A DNA stretch of 64,000 nucleotides from a virus. A model generated the notes under the pieces. It had not been told where the DNA came from, made no database searches, and saw only the letters and a program-made list of their open reading frames with translations. The DNA lies in IMG/VR virus record IMGVR_UViG_3300028908_000007, positions 1 to 64,000 of that record; one strand, 5' to 3'. Position 1 is the stretch's first letter; each line of letters begins with the position of its first letter. The position numbers and the translations under genes are program-made. Positions 19,834 through 29,963 of the stretch are shown one piece after another.

Positions 19834-19879
19834 GGCAGCAGGTAGCGGTGTACCGCTACCTGCTGCCTTATTTTTTTTT
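19834..19879 (+). terminator. Intrinsic terminator (likely bidirectional)
   Basis: ggcagcaggtagcgg/ccgctacctgctgcc 15-bp stem plus T-tract. Confidence 0.85.
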
Positions 19880-19880
19880 G

Positions 19881-21410
19881 TTAAAAATCGTCGGAATCCG
19901 AAACTCCGGTTTTTAATTCCTGCACCGTCCTGGCGCCCTGTTTTATTTCTTCAGTATCTGGAGGTATGGGCATAGATTCTGGGAATTCGAATACCAAATA
20001 CTTATCTTTTGTAGGAATGATTCCAGTGCCTCTATGTTTTCCTCGACACATATGTAAATATGTCTTCCCGACTCTTTTATCTTCTTCTAGTGCGATATAT
20101 AATTCTAAGTCGATTTCTGTATCTAACTGCCTTGACTTTGCGTAATAACCGCCGCCGTTGATTTCTTCGAGAAGTTTTCTTCCACGTATTCCTTCTCTCC
20201 ACAGTTGTTTTGCCTCTGTTGAGAGTTGATGAGGTGTAATGAAACATATCTTTTTACTACTAAAGAAGTTTCTTACACGTTTGAACATATCCTGCACGTC
20301 AGTGCCAGCAGCTCCACTTCGATCACATCCATAGGTAGGTAGCATTGAAAGATAATCTACCATACACATATGGACTTCATATCCTTCTGCTTCATAGTTT
20401 AATATAACATCCAGAAGATTTCTATAAGTCCATTCGGAAGGATTTACACGCAACATCTTTATATGATATCCATTTATCTCTAATTGTTCTTTGACATAGG
20501 ATGTCATTTCCTTATAATCGTATTGGTATGGATCTACGTTTTCTCGGGTTTCTGCATATTTGAGGTAGGTAAACAACATCGAGAAGTTATGATGAAGTTC
20601 GTCTTCGAGAGATATTCTTAATAAGAGGGGCTTGCGATCTTCATTTATCATGGATGGTTTATTGCACATAGCGATTTGTGCAAATAGACTTAAACCCATT
20701 CCTGTCTTATAGTTATGTTGTAATGCTGCGAGAGTTACAAATTCTCCTCTACGGAATCCACCTTGAAGAGTCTTATTTAGTACTTCCCATCCAGTTTTCA
20801 GTATGGCAGTACCATCGTGTTCTTCTCGCGCTCTTTTGTAGATCTCTTCCAATGTGTTTGGATCGTCAAGATTTACTTTGTCAATAATGGCTGGATCTTC
20901 TTCACCAGAGCTTATCTCTCCTTCGATTTCTCCTATCAGAGTACTAATGGTAGTCTTTAGTGGTTTTCCACCTTCTGCTAACTCTCCATAAGCTCTAGAT
21001 ACGACATTGATCAGTCTTTGTCTTCTTATTTTTTCATTGAGTTCTCTTTTTATCGTTATTATTCTTTTTGTTACGGCTTCTGGAGTCATAACTGAACTAT
21101 CTTGTATAGCTGATCGCAATGTGCTATACAATGCGTCTTTATGACCCATCGTAATAAATTCTATATCGGCTAATATATCCTCTCTCGAATACTCTATATC
21201 TGGAGGATCATTACACATATCATATACTGTTTTAATCAATAATCCAGTACCATCCATATTATGCACGCCTGGTCCTACCAGACGCTGGATCATTTTGTCA
21301 TTGTCGAGTAATTCCTTTACCAGTTCCCTGCTATCAGACTGTCTTGGTTTTATAATGGTCTCTAGATATAACAGGATATAGCATTTTGATAAAATTCTTC
21401 GTTCTTCCAT
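19881..21410 (-). CDS. dnaB: DnaB-like replicative helicase (phiKZ gp118-like)
   Basis: GGFRRGE, ALQHNYKTG (variant Walker A), ISLEDE, VDYL, TPHQLS and RGKHRG motifs. Confidence 0.88.
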   Translation of the reverse strand: MEERRILSKCYILLYLETIIKPRQSDSRELVKELLDNDKMIQRLVGPGVHNMDGTGLLIKTVYDMCNDPPDIEYSREDILADIEFITMGHKDALYSTLRSAIQDSSVMTPEAVTKRIITIKRELNEKIRRQRLINVVSRAYGELAEGGKPLKTTISTLIGEIEGEISSGEEDPAIIDKVNLDDPNTLEEIYKRAREEHDGTAILKTGWEVLNKTLQGGFRRGEFVTLAALQHNYKTGMGLSLFAQIAMCNKPSMINEDRKPLLLRISLEDELHHNFSMLFTYLKYAETRENVDPYQYDYKEMTSYVKEQLEINGYHIKMLRVNPSEWTYRNLLDVILNYEAEGYEVHMCMVDYLSMLPTYGCDRSGAAGTDVQDMFKRVRNFFSSKKICFITPHQLSTEAKQLWREGIRGRKLLEEINGGGYYAKSRQLDTEIDLELYIALEEDKRVGKTYLHMCRGKHRGTGIIPTKDKYLVFEFPESMPIPPDTEEIKQGARTVQELKTGVSDSDDF

Positions 21411-21445
21411 TGTGGTAATAGAGTTGTTGGAGGTCAGATTATCAC

Positions 21446-22018
21446 TTGAGTATTTCGGAGAAAATTATGGGCCTTAAGATTTCGTTTGTTCCTGAGTGGA
21501 TGGCTCGGAAGCTTACAGATAGCGGATATCCTATACGTGATATATTCAATAAAAAAGTAGTAAATAAATTATTATCCAAGACATCTATTAGTGAGTTGTA
21601 TTACCTTAATAATATGTATAGTTATCTACATAATAAAGTATTTGGTACTGGGAGTAATTATGTAGATTTTAGAGCAGAGGTATTGGTATCTGATAATGAC
21701 TATCCAGAATCTCCTAACCTGATAGACGGTCACCATAACCATTCATCAAAGGTAAGAGACATATTAGAGAGTTATAAAGAGTCTGAGTATATCGTAAATA
21801 TTGCTGAAACATATGAAATTATCCATTCTGAAGAAGATTTATTCATCCTTATGAAGCCTGATTTTTACTATGTTATCTATACTGATCCCAAGTATCTAAG
21901 AGCATTATTTAAAGAAATATTGGATTACTGTATGAAGCATCGCAAACATACCCACCATTATGAATTGTATTATTGTTCGTCATTTAAACTTTTTCTTAAC
22001 ACCGCTTCTAAAGTATAA
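21446..22018 (+). CDS. Hypothetical protein (phiKZ gp119 position)
   Basis: ORF between dnaB and the capsid gene. Confidence 0.5.
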   Translation: MSISEKIMGLKISFVPEWMARKLTDSGYPIRDIFNKKVVNKLLSKTSISELYYLNNMYSYLHNKVFGTGSNYVDFRAEVLVSDNDYPESPNLIDGHHNHSSKVRDILESYKESEYIVNIAETYEIIHSEEDLFILMKPDFYYVIYTDPKYLRALFKEILDYCMKHRKHTHHYELYYCSSFKLFLNTASKV

Positions 22019-22161
22019 TTATTACTTGAGTATGCGGTTGAGAGTCGAGCTTGCTCAATCCGTCGGGTTTTTGATCTGATATGCTTAAACCTGTCAAAAG
22101 TTTTTTTACTCGTTGCTCGTCAGCGAGAGTTTTGTTTGAATATTTTTTCTGGAGAAAATAA

Positions 22162-24354
22162 ATGCATTTAAAAGACATCGTTGTCGGAAGGCGAGGTTAC
22201 TCCGATAGCACCTCTGCGCTCATTGGCGAGCTTCAGCGAGAAGTTGAAGACAGGCAGGTGCTTCGTGAGGACATCGCACCTATCGTTGTAAATACAGAGT
22301 CTCTTGACGAAGTAGCGAAGACCCGTCTGCAATCTGCTGCCAGCACCATGATCGATTCCTTCGAAGCGGTTACCGCTAGCCTGGGTATTGATGTGCAAGC
22401 AGAAGAACACAACGTACAAGCTGCTGTCGTTGCTTCTCTGCTGGCTACTGCTGGTCGCAAGGCGCTGGCCAACAAAATCAGCACGCCGTCTGCAAACGGT
22501 GAAAATGTAGTAGTTATGGAATCGGCTACTGCTGAAGATTCCTATATCTCTCGGAATGTAAATTTCGAAGCATACGATGAAACTGAAAACAAGCAATCGG
22601 CTGTTTACAGCTTCTTCTACAACTTGATTTCCTCTACACAGGATCCGGTTGCCGAGCTGTTCTTCCCGACCATTGTTATCAGTCCTGACCAGCATGGTCT
22701 TGAGATCAATGTTACGCTGCTGCGGATCTTCGACGAGGTAGAGCACAGCACCAGCGGCGCCGTAGCTGATTTCAAATTCAAGAACGTTCTTCGCGCTTAT
22801 CGCGATTACACTGTTTTAAAGTCCGACGTGACCAAGATCGTACCTGTGTTCCGCAGTGGTGTCAACGACACCAACTTCATGAGCACGGATCTGACGGTCG
22901 GTGTTCCGAATGTAAACACCAATGGTAGCTGGAATACCACTGTTGGTGGTGAAACTGTCGAAACCCTGCCGCTGAAACCTGGCGTACGTCTTGACCTGAT
23001 CGGTCTGTCTCAGACCAACGCACTGCTTGCAAAGGGTGTAATGGATGAGACTGACGCAGTCGACACTGCTATCTACCTGGATAGTATTTATGTCAATCTG
23101 GGTGATGATGGTGCAAGTCCTCCGGGCGATGTTGATGTAATCAAGCTGTCGACCAAAGGTCTGCCTGAGTCCAACTTTGTATATGGTCCGCAGGGCGATT
23201 ATCGTAACATGATTCTGGTCATGGATAACACTGGTCTGGTTATCAGTGATCCGACCTGCATCGACGGTGCTGCTCCGTCCAATGTTACCTGGCCGAACGG
23301 CTATAGCGCTCGTATCCATATCGAAGCAAGTGGTCAAGTACAGACTCAAACTGGTCGTGCTGTTGTTTATATCACTCGTTTCGAGCTGGATTCTGTATAT
23401 GACAGCAACAACCAGATCGTTGCTACTACTGACACCAACTATGCTGCAATCAAGACCATCATCGATGACGCAGAAGTTGTTGGTTATGAGCTGGATGCCA
23501 ACCGCACCAACACGAACCGTCGTCAGCGTGGCCAGATCATCGACGTTAATGTGAAGACTGCGATCTTCCCTGTTCGTCTGCGTAGCCCGATCAGCTCGAT
23601 TCGTCCGATTGGATATGGCGATGATGAAGACGCCAAAGCAATGACGGCTCTGAATACGACTACTCGTATTCGTACCAGTAAGGATGCTATCACCGCACTT
23701 ATTGGTGCTTCTGATGTTCTGTCGGCTTGGGAAGCTCTGCCGAATACGAACTCTGAACTGCCTGAGATTCTGGGTGTTGGTCGTTATCTGGTGAAGCCGT
23801 ACTACATGCAGGAAAGCATCGATATGACCACGATTGTGGACAGTGTCATGTCCTCCAATCGTCAGGAAGACATCCGTGCAGCCCTGATGGGTAAGATCAT
23901 GGACCACGCTTACCGCATGTGGAGTGAGTCCGAGTACAGTGCAGCGTTTACTGCTTTCGCCGGTACTGGTGCTCGTCCGACCGTTATTGTTGCAACAGAT
24001 ACCGTTCTGTATCGCTATCTGAAGCCGCAAGAAGGTTCGGATATCTCTACCGATGCTTTCGACGTACGTATCGCTGCCGATCCGGATAGCCGTCTGTCGG
24101 GTAAGATCTTTATTTCGTTCGGTATCTTCGATGATACCCGCAATAAAGAGCCGAATCCGTTGCAGTTTGGTAACATGGCCTGGGCTCCGGAGGTCACTGC
24201 CGTACTTCCTGTTAGCCGTGGTGGTCAGATCTCGAAAGAGCTGACTGTATGTCCTCGCTATCAGCATGTTGTTAACCTGCCGGTTATGGTACGACTGGAT
24301 GTTAGCAACCTTGAGAGCGTCCTGAATAAGGTCACTATCAACAACTCTGTATAA
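22162..24354 (+). CDS. Major capsid protein (phiKZ gp120-like)
   Basis: 730 aa; QDPVAELFFPTIV, NTNRRQRG and PRYQHVVNLP motifs; strong high-expression codon bias; follows dnaB. Confidence 0.88.
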   Translation: MHLKDIVVGRRGYSDSTSALIGELQREVEDRQVLREDIAPIVVNTESLDEVAKTRLQSAASTMIDSFEAVTASLGIDVQAEEHNVQAAVVASLLATAGRKALANKISTPSANGENVVVMESATAEDSYISRNVNFEAYDETENKQSAVYSFFYNLISSTQDPVAELFFPTIVISPDQHGLEINVTLLRIFDEVEHSTSGAVADFKFKNVLRAYRDYTVLKSDVTKIVPVFRSGVNDTNFMSTDLTVGVPNVNTNGSWNTTVGGETVETLPLKPGVRLDLIGLSQTNALLAKGVMDETDAVDTAIYLDSIYVNLGDDGASPPGDVDVIKLSTKGLPESNFVYGPQGDYRNMILVMDNTGLVISDPTCIDGAAPSNVTWPNGYSARIHIEASGQVQTQTGRAVVYITRFELDSVYDSNNQIVATTDTNYAAIKTIIDDAEVVGYELDANRTNTNRRQRGQIIDVNVKTAIFPVRLRSPISSIRPIGYGDDEDAKAMTALNTTTRIRTSKDAITALIGASDVLSAWEALPNTNSELPEILGVGRYLVKPYYMQESIDMTTIVDSVMSSNRQEDIRAALMGKIMDHAYRMWSESEYSAAFTAFAGTGARPTVIVATDTVLYRYLKPQEGSDISTDAFDVRIAADPDSRLSGKIFISFGIFDDTRNKEPNPLQFGNMAWAPEVTAVLPVSRGGQISKELTVCPRYQHVVNLPVMVRLDVSNLESVLNKVTINNSV

Positions 24355-24376
24355 CGACTAAGTCGTGTACTAACTG

Positions 24377-24428
24377 CATCCCCTGTCCTTCTTGGGCAGG
24401 GGATGTATATTACCTCTCCTTTTTTTTT
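24377..24428 (+). terminator. Terminator after the capsid gene
   Basis: catcccctgtcc/gggcaggggatg stem; T-run ~14 nt downstream. Confidence 0.7.
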
Positions 24429-24484
24429 GTGTCCTTCCTTTTTTCCTTTTCCAAATTAAATCAAACTCTTGATATATTTAAAAC

Positions 24485-24745
24485 ATGAGAAGAATAAAAG
24501 ACGGTTATCTTATAGAACATTTAGACGAGTTATTAATCTTATTTCAAAATAACATTATGTATGATAAGGTAAAGGCAGTTATAGATAAGGCTGCTGAGAA
24601 CGGACATAAGTGGTGCAAAGTTGTAGTTGATAAGAATATACGTATTAATCCAAAAGTTCTATATGTAGAGACAAAACCTTCAATTTCCAATAAAGATCAG
24701 AATTTCATCCGGCGTGAGAAACTCTATGGATCCGATTATATCTGA
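24485..24745 (+). CDS. Small hypothetical protein
   Basis: ORF immediately after the promoter-like motif at 24464-24484. Confidence 0.45.
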   Translation: MRRIKDGYLIEHLDELLILFQNNIMYDKVKAVIDKAAENGHKWCKVVVDKNIRINPKVLYVETKPSISNKDQNFIRREKLYGSDYI

Positions 24746-26393
24746 ACTGACCGAAGAAGAAGTTCCTAGAGGACATAAGGAACTCTTGCATGGATTGGCG
24801 AAGACGCAGCTAATGGATAGTGCTTTAGTGGTAGATAAAATCTTTAGGGAGGCTAGTAGATCATTTCCTTCTTGCTTACAATATGAAGGTTATAAGGTAT
24901 TAACTCCAGACGAGTGTTATAAATCTTTATTGGATATATCTGGTAATAAAGAATATGATATAGCCAAATGTAGTCTGTACATGGCTGAATTTGTATTTAG
25001 CACCGATATAGATGGAGAACGAGTTTATATTCCTAGGAGGATCTTTTTACCATATATAGAGAACGACGGATCGATATACTTAAGTGGAAATAAGTATTAC
25101 TTCAAGCCAGTACTTACGGATAGAATTATATCTGCCACAGGTGGAGGATTCTTTATAAGACTCATGCAGGATAAGTTTCCATGCGGTGAGAAAGGATACA
25201 ATATTTGTATCAATAATGAAATCAAGATGGTATTTGTATTGGAAGTACCTGTATTTAATAAACTTAGACCCAGACGTGGGCGGAAGACACTAATAGAAAT
25301 TCCAAATGCAGTACACTATATACTTTCAAAATACGGATTACAAGATACATTTTCTAAGTATTTAAAGAAAAAGAATATTAAGATAATACCCAAATCCTCT
25401 ATCACACCTTCCCATATGGATGATTTTTATGTATATACTTCCGCAAAACACATAGATTTGGATATTGCATTCATCATACCAAAGGATGATGTAAAGACGA
25501 TATCTGATAGGGAAACTATAGATGCGTATATGGCTGGGATATTTCAAGTGTTGGATCGCTATGGAGTATCTAACCGAGATAAGAAACCAACGATTACTAT
25601 GGAAAACATCTATGATAAGAGATCATGGAAGAATGCTCTTACGAACTTATTGATTACCAGTACTTATAGTGGTAAAGTCGTCACATATCCATCTACAGTA
25701 TTGCTTAGAGAAATAAGTATACACTATGAAAGATTGGATACCTATCTAGAAAGACAATTACAAGACTATCTCTCACACATCGGCGTGAGAATAGAAAACT
25801 TTTATGATCTTCTCCATTATATCATCTCCCACTCCAAACACCTCCGAGCTGCCAATAACGTCTGGATGAAGTATCTTGACGTATCCTACTACATTTTCTA
25901 TAAGTTTATCGAGACGATTTTTAGTGTCAAGAACACAATCGTAGGTAAGCTTGCGGCAGGTAATAGGGTAACTTCGAAAGACATTTCCAAACTCTTGCAA
26001 AAACTATCCACACGAATGTTTCTAAACATAACGAAAGGCGGTAGTAGAAACATAGTGTTAGACACGGTAGATTACCCAGGAGATAATATCTATCTGGGTA
26101 TGACACAGTTGATCACATTGCAGGAATTAGGGGATGGTGTGGCACAAGGAGGCAGAAATACGACATCGGTACTTCCTCCAAGTGTAAAGAGACTACACTC
26201 CTACGATATAGCTGTAGGTAGTCTATTAGCAGTATTCAAGAGTAGACCTACACCAAGGGTACGTCTGAATCTCTACGTACAATATGATATCAAAACAGGA
26301 AAAGTGGTCACAAGTCCAAGATACAGGAAGAAGATGGATACACTACAGAAGTTGATTGATGGTAGTCTGCGGTGGGAGCGATTACCAGATTAA
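24726..26393 (+). CDS. Non-virion RNAP beta subunit, N-terminal part (phiKZ gp123-like)
   Basis: L.YEGYK.LTP.E, YDIA, IFLPY, SG..Y...PVLTD motifs; syntenic after the capsid gene. Confidence 0.75.
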   Translation: MDPIISELTEEEVPRGHKELLHGLAKTQLMDSALVVDKIFREASRSFPSCLQYEGYKVLTPDECYKSLLDISGNKEYDIAKCSLYMAEFVFSTDIDGERVYIPRRIFLPYIENDGSIYLSGNKYYFKPVLTDRIISATGGGFFIRLMQDKFPCGEKGYNICINNEIKMVFVLEVPVFNKLRPRRGRKTLIEIPNAVHYILSKYGLQDTFSKYLKKKNIKIIPKSSITPSHMDDFYVYTSAKHIDLDIAFIIPKDDVKTISDRETIDAYMAGIFQVLDRYGVSNRDKKPTITMENIYDKRSWKNALTNLLITSTYSGKVVTYPSTVLLREISIHYERLDTYLERQLQDYLSHIGVRIENFYDLLHYIISHSKHLRAANNVWMKYLDVSYYIFYKFIETIFSVKNTIVGKLAAGNRVTSKDISKLLQKLSTRMFLNITKGGSRNIVLDTVDYPGDNIYLGMTQLITLQELGDGVAQGGRNTTSVLPPSVKRLHSYDIAVGSLLAVFKSRPTPRVRLNLYVQYDIKTGKVVTSPRYRKKMDTLQKLIDGSLRWERLPD

Positions 26394-26420
26394 CTCGCTT
26401 CTTTGATATATTTAACTGTT
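26390..26420 (+). promoter_or_regulatory. Putative phage early promoter, second copy
   Basis: Near-identical to 11221-11251. Confidence 0.6.
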
Positions 26421-26481
26421 AGTACGATTTGGTGTGCACGCCAATCGTCTTTTTTGTTCAATAATCTCCAGGAGAAACAAC

Positions 26482-29400
26482 ATGACTGAATCAGTCGAAA
26501 CAATTCAACTTGTAGAACCTATTCCTTATTGGAATAGGCAATCTTTGCGTCTCTCGAAGTATGAGGCGAGTGAAGCCGCGAGAGCGGCGATTATTACAGA
26601 GAATACTACACTTGAAGAAATAAAAGAGCTTTCCGATAAGATACGAGAGACATATTATAATATAGAGCTTTATCCCTATCAAGATGAAAAACTAAACTAT
26701 CGTGAAGATGGTTCTCTGGATCTGGAAAATCCGACTATTACAGTGGATGATGTTCTAAAAACAACTGTTCCTAAGGAAGGCGTTGATCCTGATTATATAT
26801 ACGTAGCTCTATATAATACCGAGAAGAAAACAATCTGGCTTATGACTCTAGAAGAGTTTTTACGTGTTTCTGGAGAAGCGCCAGAAGTCATAAAGAAAGC
26901 AGTAGAAGTATCAGATGTGGAAGATATCACAAAACAACTTCTTAATAGCATTGGTCTTAAATATGACCGTAGTACATATGAAGGATATGTAGAAAATTAT
27001 GTAGAAGGTGAAACAAATTTCATGTCAAATGGTGTGGAGGTCTTGCGAGAGCTCAAGAAGGAAATGAAAAAGGCTCAGAGCCCTGAGAAGGATTCTACCG
27101 AACTGCTTTCGGATGAGGACTCCACAAAAGAAGACTTTGATATTGTTCCCATAGAATACATATCCAGTGTAGGTGTTGTAGAGTATAAAGACTATGTAGA
27201 AGGTGTAGAGCATTATAATTTTATTACACAAGTCATTAGACGATTCGAGTATGAGTTCGAAGCTAAAGAAGGTGAGAATAATATATACACACTTCCGGAG
27301 CCTTGGTGTGGGACGGATGTTTTATATTATCGTAACAATGATGAAAGGGATTTTATCGATAATAAACTTCAAAGTAAACCAAAATACGGATATGGTTTAA
27401 AACATACTGCAAATTTCAAAGCAAAGATAGCTACAATCTACGACCAAGAGTACAGAAGAAAGAAATATGACGAATATGTAGAATCTGGACGTGGTATTGA
27501 TGATACAGACATTGCTACTGTTATTGAAGTCGACGAAGATGATATTATCTCTAGTAGCGATATTTATCAAGAGAAGAACTTTGGTACCGCAGAGTTTGTA
27601 AAGCTCAATACGACAGAAGGATATGAAATCATCCTTTACTTGGATGAATTCCAAGAACTCCTGAACACTACACTTGTATTAATGCCTAGCGGTTTTTCAG
27701 AAGAAGAGTATCTGTCATTTCTGGCAGAGCAGATCAACATCTCTGTAATTGAAGGTCGTTTGGCAGTTGTATACTATACTGGTGTAGATAAGGAACTCCT
27801 TATCGAAGTGCTGGATGGAATGGAAGTATATTACAATAAGTATCCTATCGATGATACGAAGAAGCGTTTGAGAGTTCTTAGCTCGAACCACATTCCGTAT
27901 GCGGTTGCGCATGTAGACGCTCTTTATACAGAAACACCAAAGGTAACTTGTAAAGATTTCATCAAGAACGGTTATCGTTGGGTAAAAGTCATTACAAAAG
28001 ACAATAATTCTTTATTATTGAATATTACAGAATTGAATAGCATCGAGAATAATGAATATTTACAGAAGCTTTTACAGCGTGATGAAATCGATTACGAGAC
28101 TGCTAGAAGAATAGAAAAACGTATTATGTATAATTTCGAACCTATCCGTGGAAGAATTCCCATGGAGATCAAGGAAGAGATGGTTATCGAACCAAAAGAA
28201 CCAGAACCTTCTGTAATGAAAAAACCGGTATTGGAAGTAACAAGACCAGAAATTCCAATTACAGAAGAAACGGAGTATAACGAAGATGATATCGATATTA
28301 CGGTTACCAGCACACTGAACGATCCTATACCAGAACCAAAGATTCAGCGACCTGACAGGAAACTGACGGTAGAGCTCATCTACGAGAATATGATCGAGAA
28401 TGTTCGCGATCAGTTAAAGCGTGGTGAGCCTGCGCCTGGTGCTGATAGAATCGTTCGGGATAGTATCGAACCGAATATCGTAATCCGTAATCTGGATGGA
28501 ACACTAACTACTGTCGATTATTGCGGCGATTATGAAACAGTTTATGTATTAGACTATAAAGGTATGGTACATAGACTGTCTGTAGAAGAAGCCATTCTTT
28601 GGTTTAATACAATTAAGATTATCAATAATAAGTACGAGTCTATTAAGGTAATACCCAGGAAGATCTATGAGATCGATCCAAAAGAAGTAGAGGATCTCAG
28701 GGAACTCAACTCCAGAATACATGTCGTAGATAGAGCGAAAGCAATGCTTCGCCAGTTCATTGATAGACAAATTAACCCAGCATTCAGAAACACTGAAGCA
28801 AATTTCGAAGCTGGGAAAGATATGTACAGGCCTACAGCGCCATATACCAATATCACTTCCTCTAATCTACATACCGATATGTACCAAGAATATGTTAGAA
28901 GTCAGGAAGCACAAGGTAATAATGTAAGGAACAAGAAGAACTTTTATGAGAAAATGGCAAGAGCAAAAGAGGAGGCAAGTAGAGAAGAACCCAAAACTCA
29001 GACTGAAGCACCAACAAACCAGCCAAGCAAGAGCTCTGTAAAGAAGAAGATCGATAATCTTCTTAGCAAAGTACCTGAGGAAATCCGAGACGTTATGTTG
29101 GAGATTGCTCAGAGAGCTGCTCAGAATAACGGTATTCTTCCGAAGAGCTCTAGACATGTTACAAGTTCGCCACACTGGCCAATTTGTAACACAATCATTC
29201 AACTTTTGATGGGAGAAAACGGAACAACACAAACACAACGTCCACAACAGCAATATACCCAACAACAACCTACACAACAATCCACACAACAACAGACATT
29301 TACTACCCAACAGAGACCGCAGTATACACAGCCTAATACTATGGCAAATCGTTTATATACTACACAACAGGGACATCCATCCACGCTTTATGGACAGACA

Positions 29401-29895
29401 CCTACACAACAGCCTATGATGCATACACAGCAACCACAGCAACAATATACCCAACAACAGTATCCACATCAACAATACCAACAACAACATCCCCAACAGC
29501 AGTATGGACACCAGCAATATCCACAGCAACAATACGGACATCCGGGGTACGTACAGCAACCGTATCAACCGCCAAGAGTACATAACGGTATGAGAGGTCA
29601 GCAAGTGCCACACCATCAGTACTACCAGCAACCTACTCAGCCGTACCATCAAACACAACAGCCTATGATGTATACACAGCAACCACAGCAACAATATACC
29701 CAACAACAGTATCCACATCAACAATACCAACAACAACATCCTCAAACACAACCTATGATGCATACACAGCAGACACAATATCAAGAACACTACCCGCATA
29801 CTGCATCGCAGATGCCACAAACACCGCAAGTCGCAGTACAAATGGTTCAGTCAGCTAGACCTGCGACGGGGTATAACGGCGGCCCTTTAGACTAA
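26482..29895 (+). CDS. Large acidic hypothetical protein with Q-rich prion-like C-terminus
   Basis: ~1137 aa from ATG 26482 (GGAGAAACAACATG); C-terminal ~220 aa is Q/P/Y/T/H-rich. Confidence 0.65.
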   Translation: MTESVETIQLVEPIPYWNRQSLRLSKYEASEAARAAIITENTTLEEIKELSDKIRETYYNIELYPYQDEKLNYREDGSLDLENPTITVDDVLKTTVPKEGVDPDYIYVALYNTEKKTIWLMTLEEFLRVSGEAPEVIKKAVEVSDVEDITKQLLNSIGLKYDRSTYEGYVENYVEGETNFMSNGVEVLRELKKEMKKAQSPEKDSTELLSDEDSTKEDFDIVPIEYISSVGVVEYKDYVEGVEHYNFITQVIRRFEYEFEAKEGENNIYTLPEPWCGTDVLYYRNNDERDFIDNKLQSKPKYGYGLKHTANFKAKIATIYDQEYRRKKYDEYVESGRGIDDTDIATVIEVDEDDIISSSDIYQEKNFGTAEFVKLNTTEGYEIILYLDEFQELLNTTLVLMPSGFSEEEYLSFLAEQINISVIEGRLAVVYYTGVDKELLIEVLDGMEVYYNKYPIDDTKKRLRVLSSNHIPYAVAHVDALYTETPKVTCKDFIKNGYRWVKVITKDNNSLLLNITELNSIENNEYLQKLLQRDEIDYETARRIEKRIMYNFEPIRGRIPMEIKEEMVIEPKEPEPSVMKKPVLEVTRPEIPITEETEYNEDDIDITVTSTLNDPIPEPKIQRPDRKLTVELIYENMIENVRDQLKRGEPAPGADRIVRDSIEPNIVIRNLDGTLTTVDYCGDYETVYVLDYKGMVHRLSVEEAILWFNTIKIINNKYESIKVIPRKIYEIDPKEVEDLRELNSRIHVVDRAKAMLRQFIDRQINPAFRNTEANFEAGKDMYRPTAPYTNITSSNLHTDMYQEYVRSQEAQGNNVRNKKNFYEKMARAKEEASREEPKTQTEAPTNQPSKSSVKKKIDNLLSKVPEEIRDVMLEIAQRAAQNNGILPKSSRHVTSSPHWPICNTIIQLLMGENGTTQTQRPQQQYTQQQPTQQSTQQQTFTTQQRPQYTQPNTMANRLYTTQQGHPSTLYGQTPTQQPMMHTQQPQQQYTQQQYPHQQYQQQHPQQQYGHQQYPQQQYGHPGYVQQPYQPPRVHNGMRGQQVPHHQYYQQPTQPYHQTQQPMMYTQQPQQQYTQQQYPHQQYQQQHPQTQPMMHTQQTQYQEHYPHTASQMPQTPQVAVQMVQSARPATGYNGGPLD
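29406..29741 (+). repeat. Near-exact ~86-bp direct duplication in the Q-rich tail (about 29406-29492 and 29655-29741)
   Basis: Both copies encode QQPMM(H/Y)TQQPQQQYTQQQYPHQQYQQQHP. Confidence 0.85.
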
Positions 29896-29963
29896 TCGGG
29901 GAGTTATACCCCAATCTCCTGGAGAGTGCACAGACCTATCTGGAGTCTAAAGCAAACGGATAT

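Noticed and set aside
22816-24267. 483-aa antisense ORF (and other shadow ORFs) over the capsid gene
   Set aside because: Expected by-product of the capsid gene's strong codon bias; no recognisable motifs.
27068-27100. Further possible copies of the phased repeat (also ~29100-29155 and ~62200-62225)
   Set aside because: Only short CTCAGA-type matches; cannot be told from chance by eye.
29353-29841. Leu-rich antisense ORFs opposite the Q-rich tails (also 10288-10590)
   Set aside because: Reverse complement of CAA/CAG repeats, not real membrane proteins.
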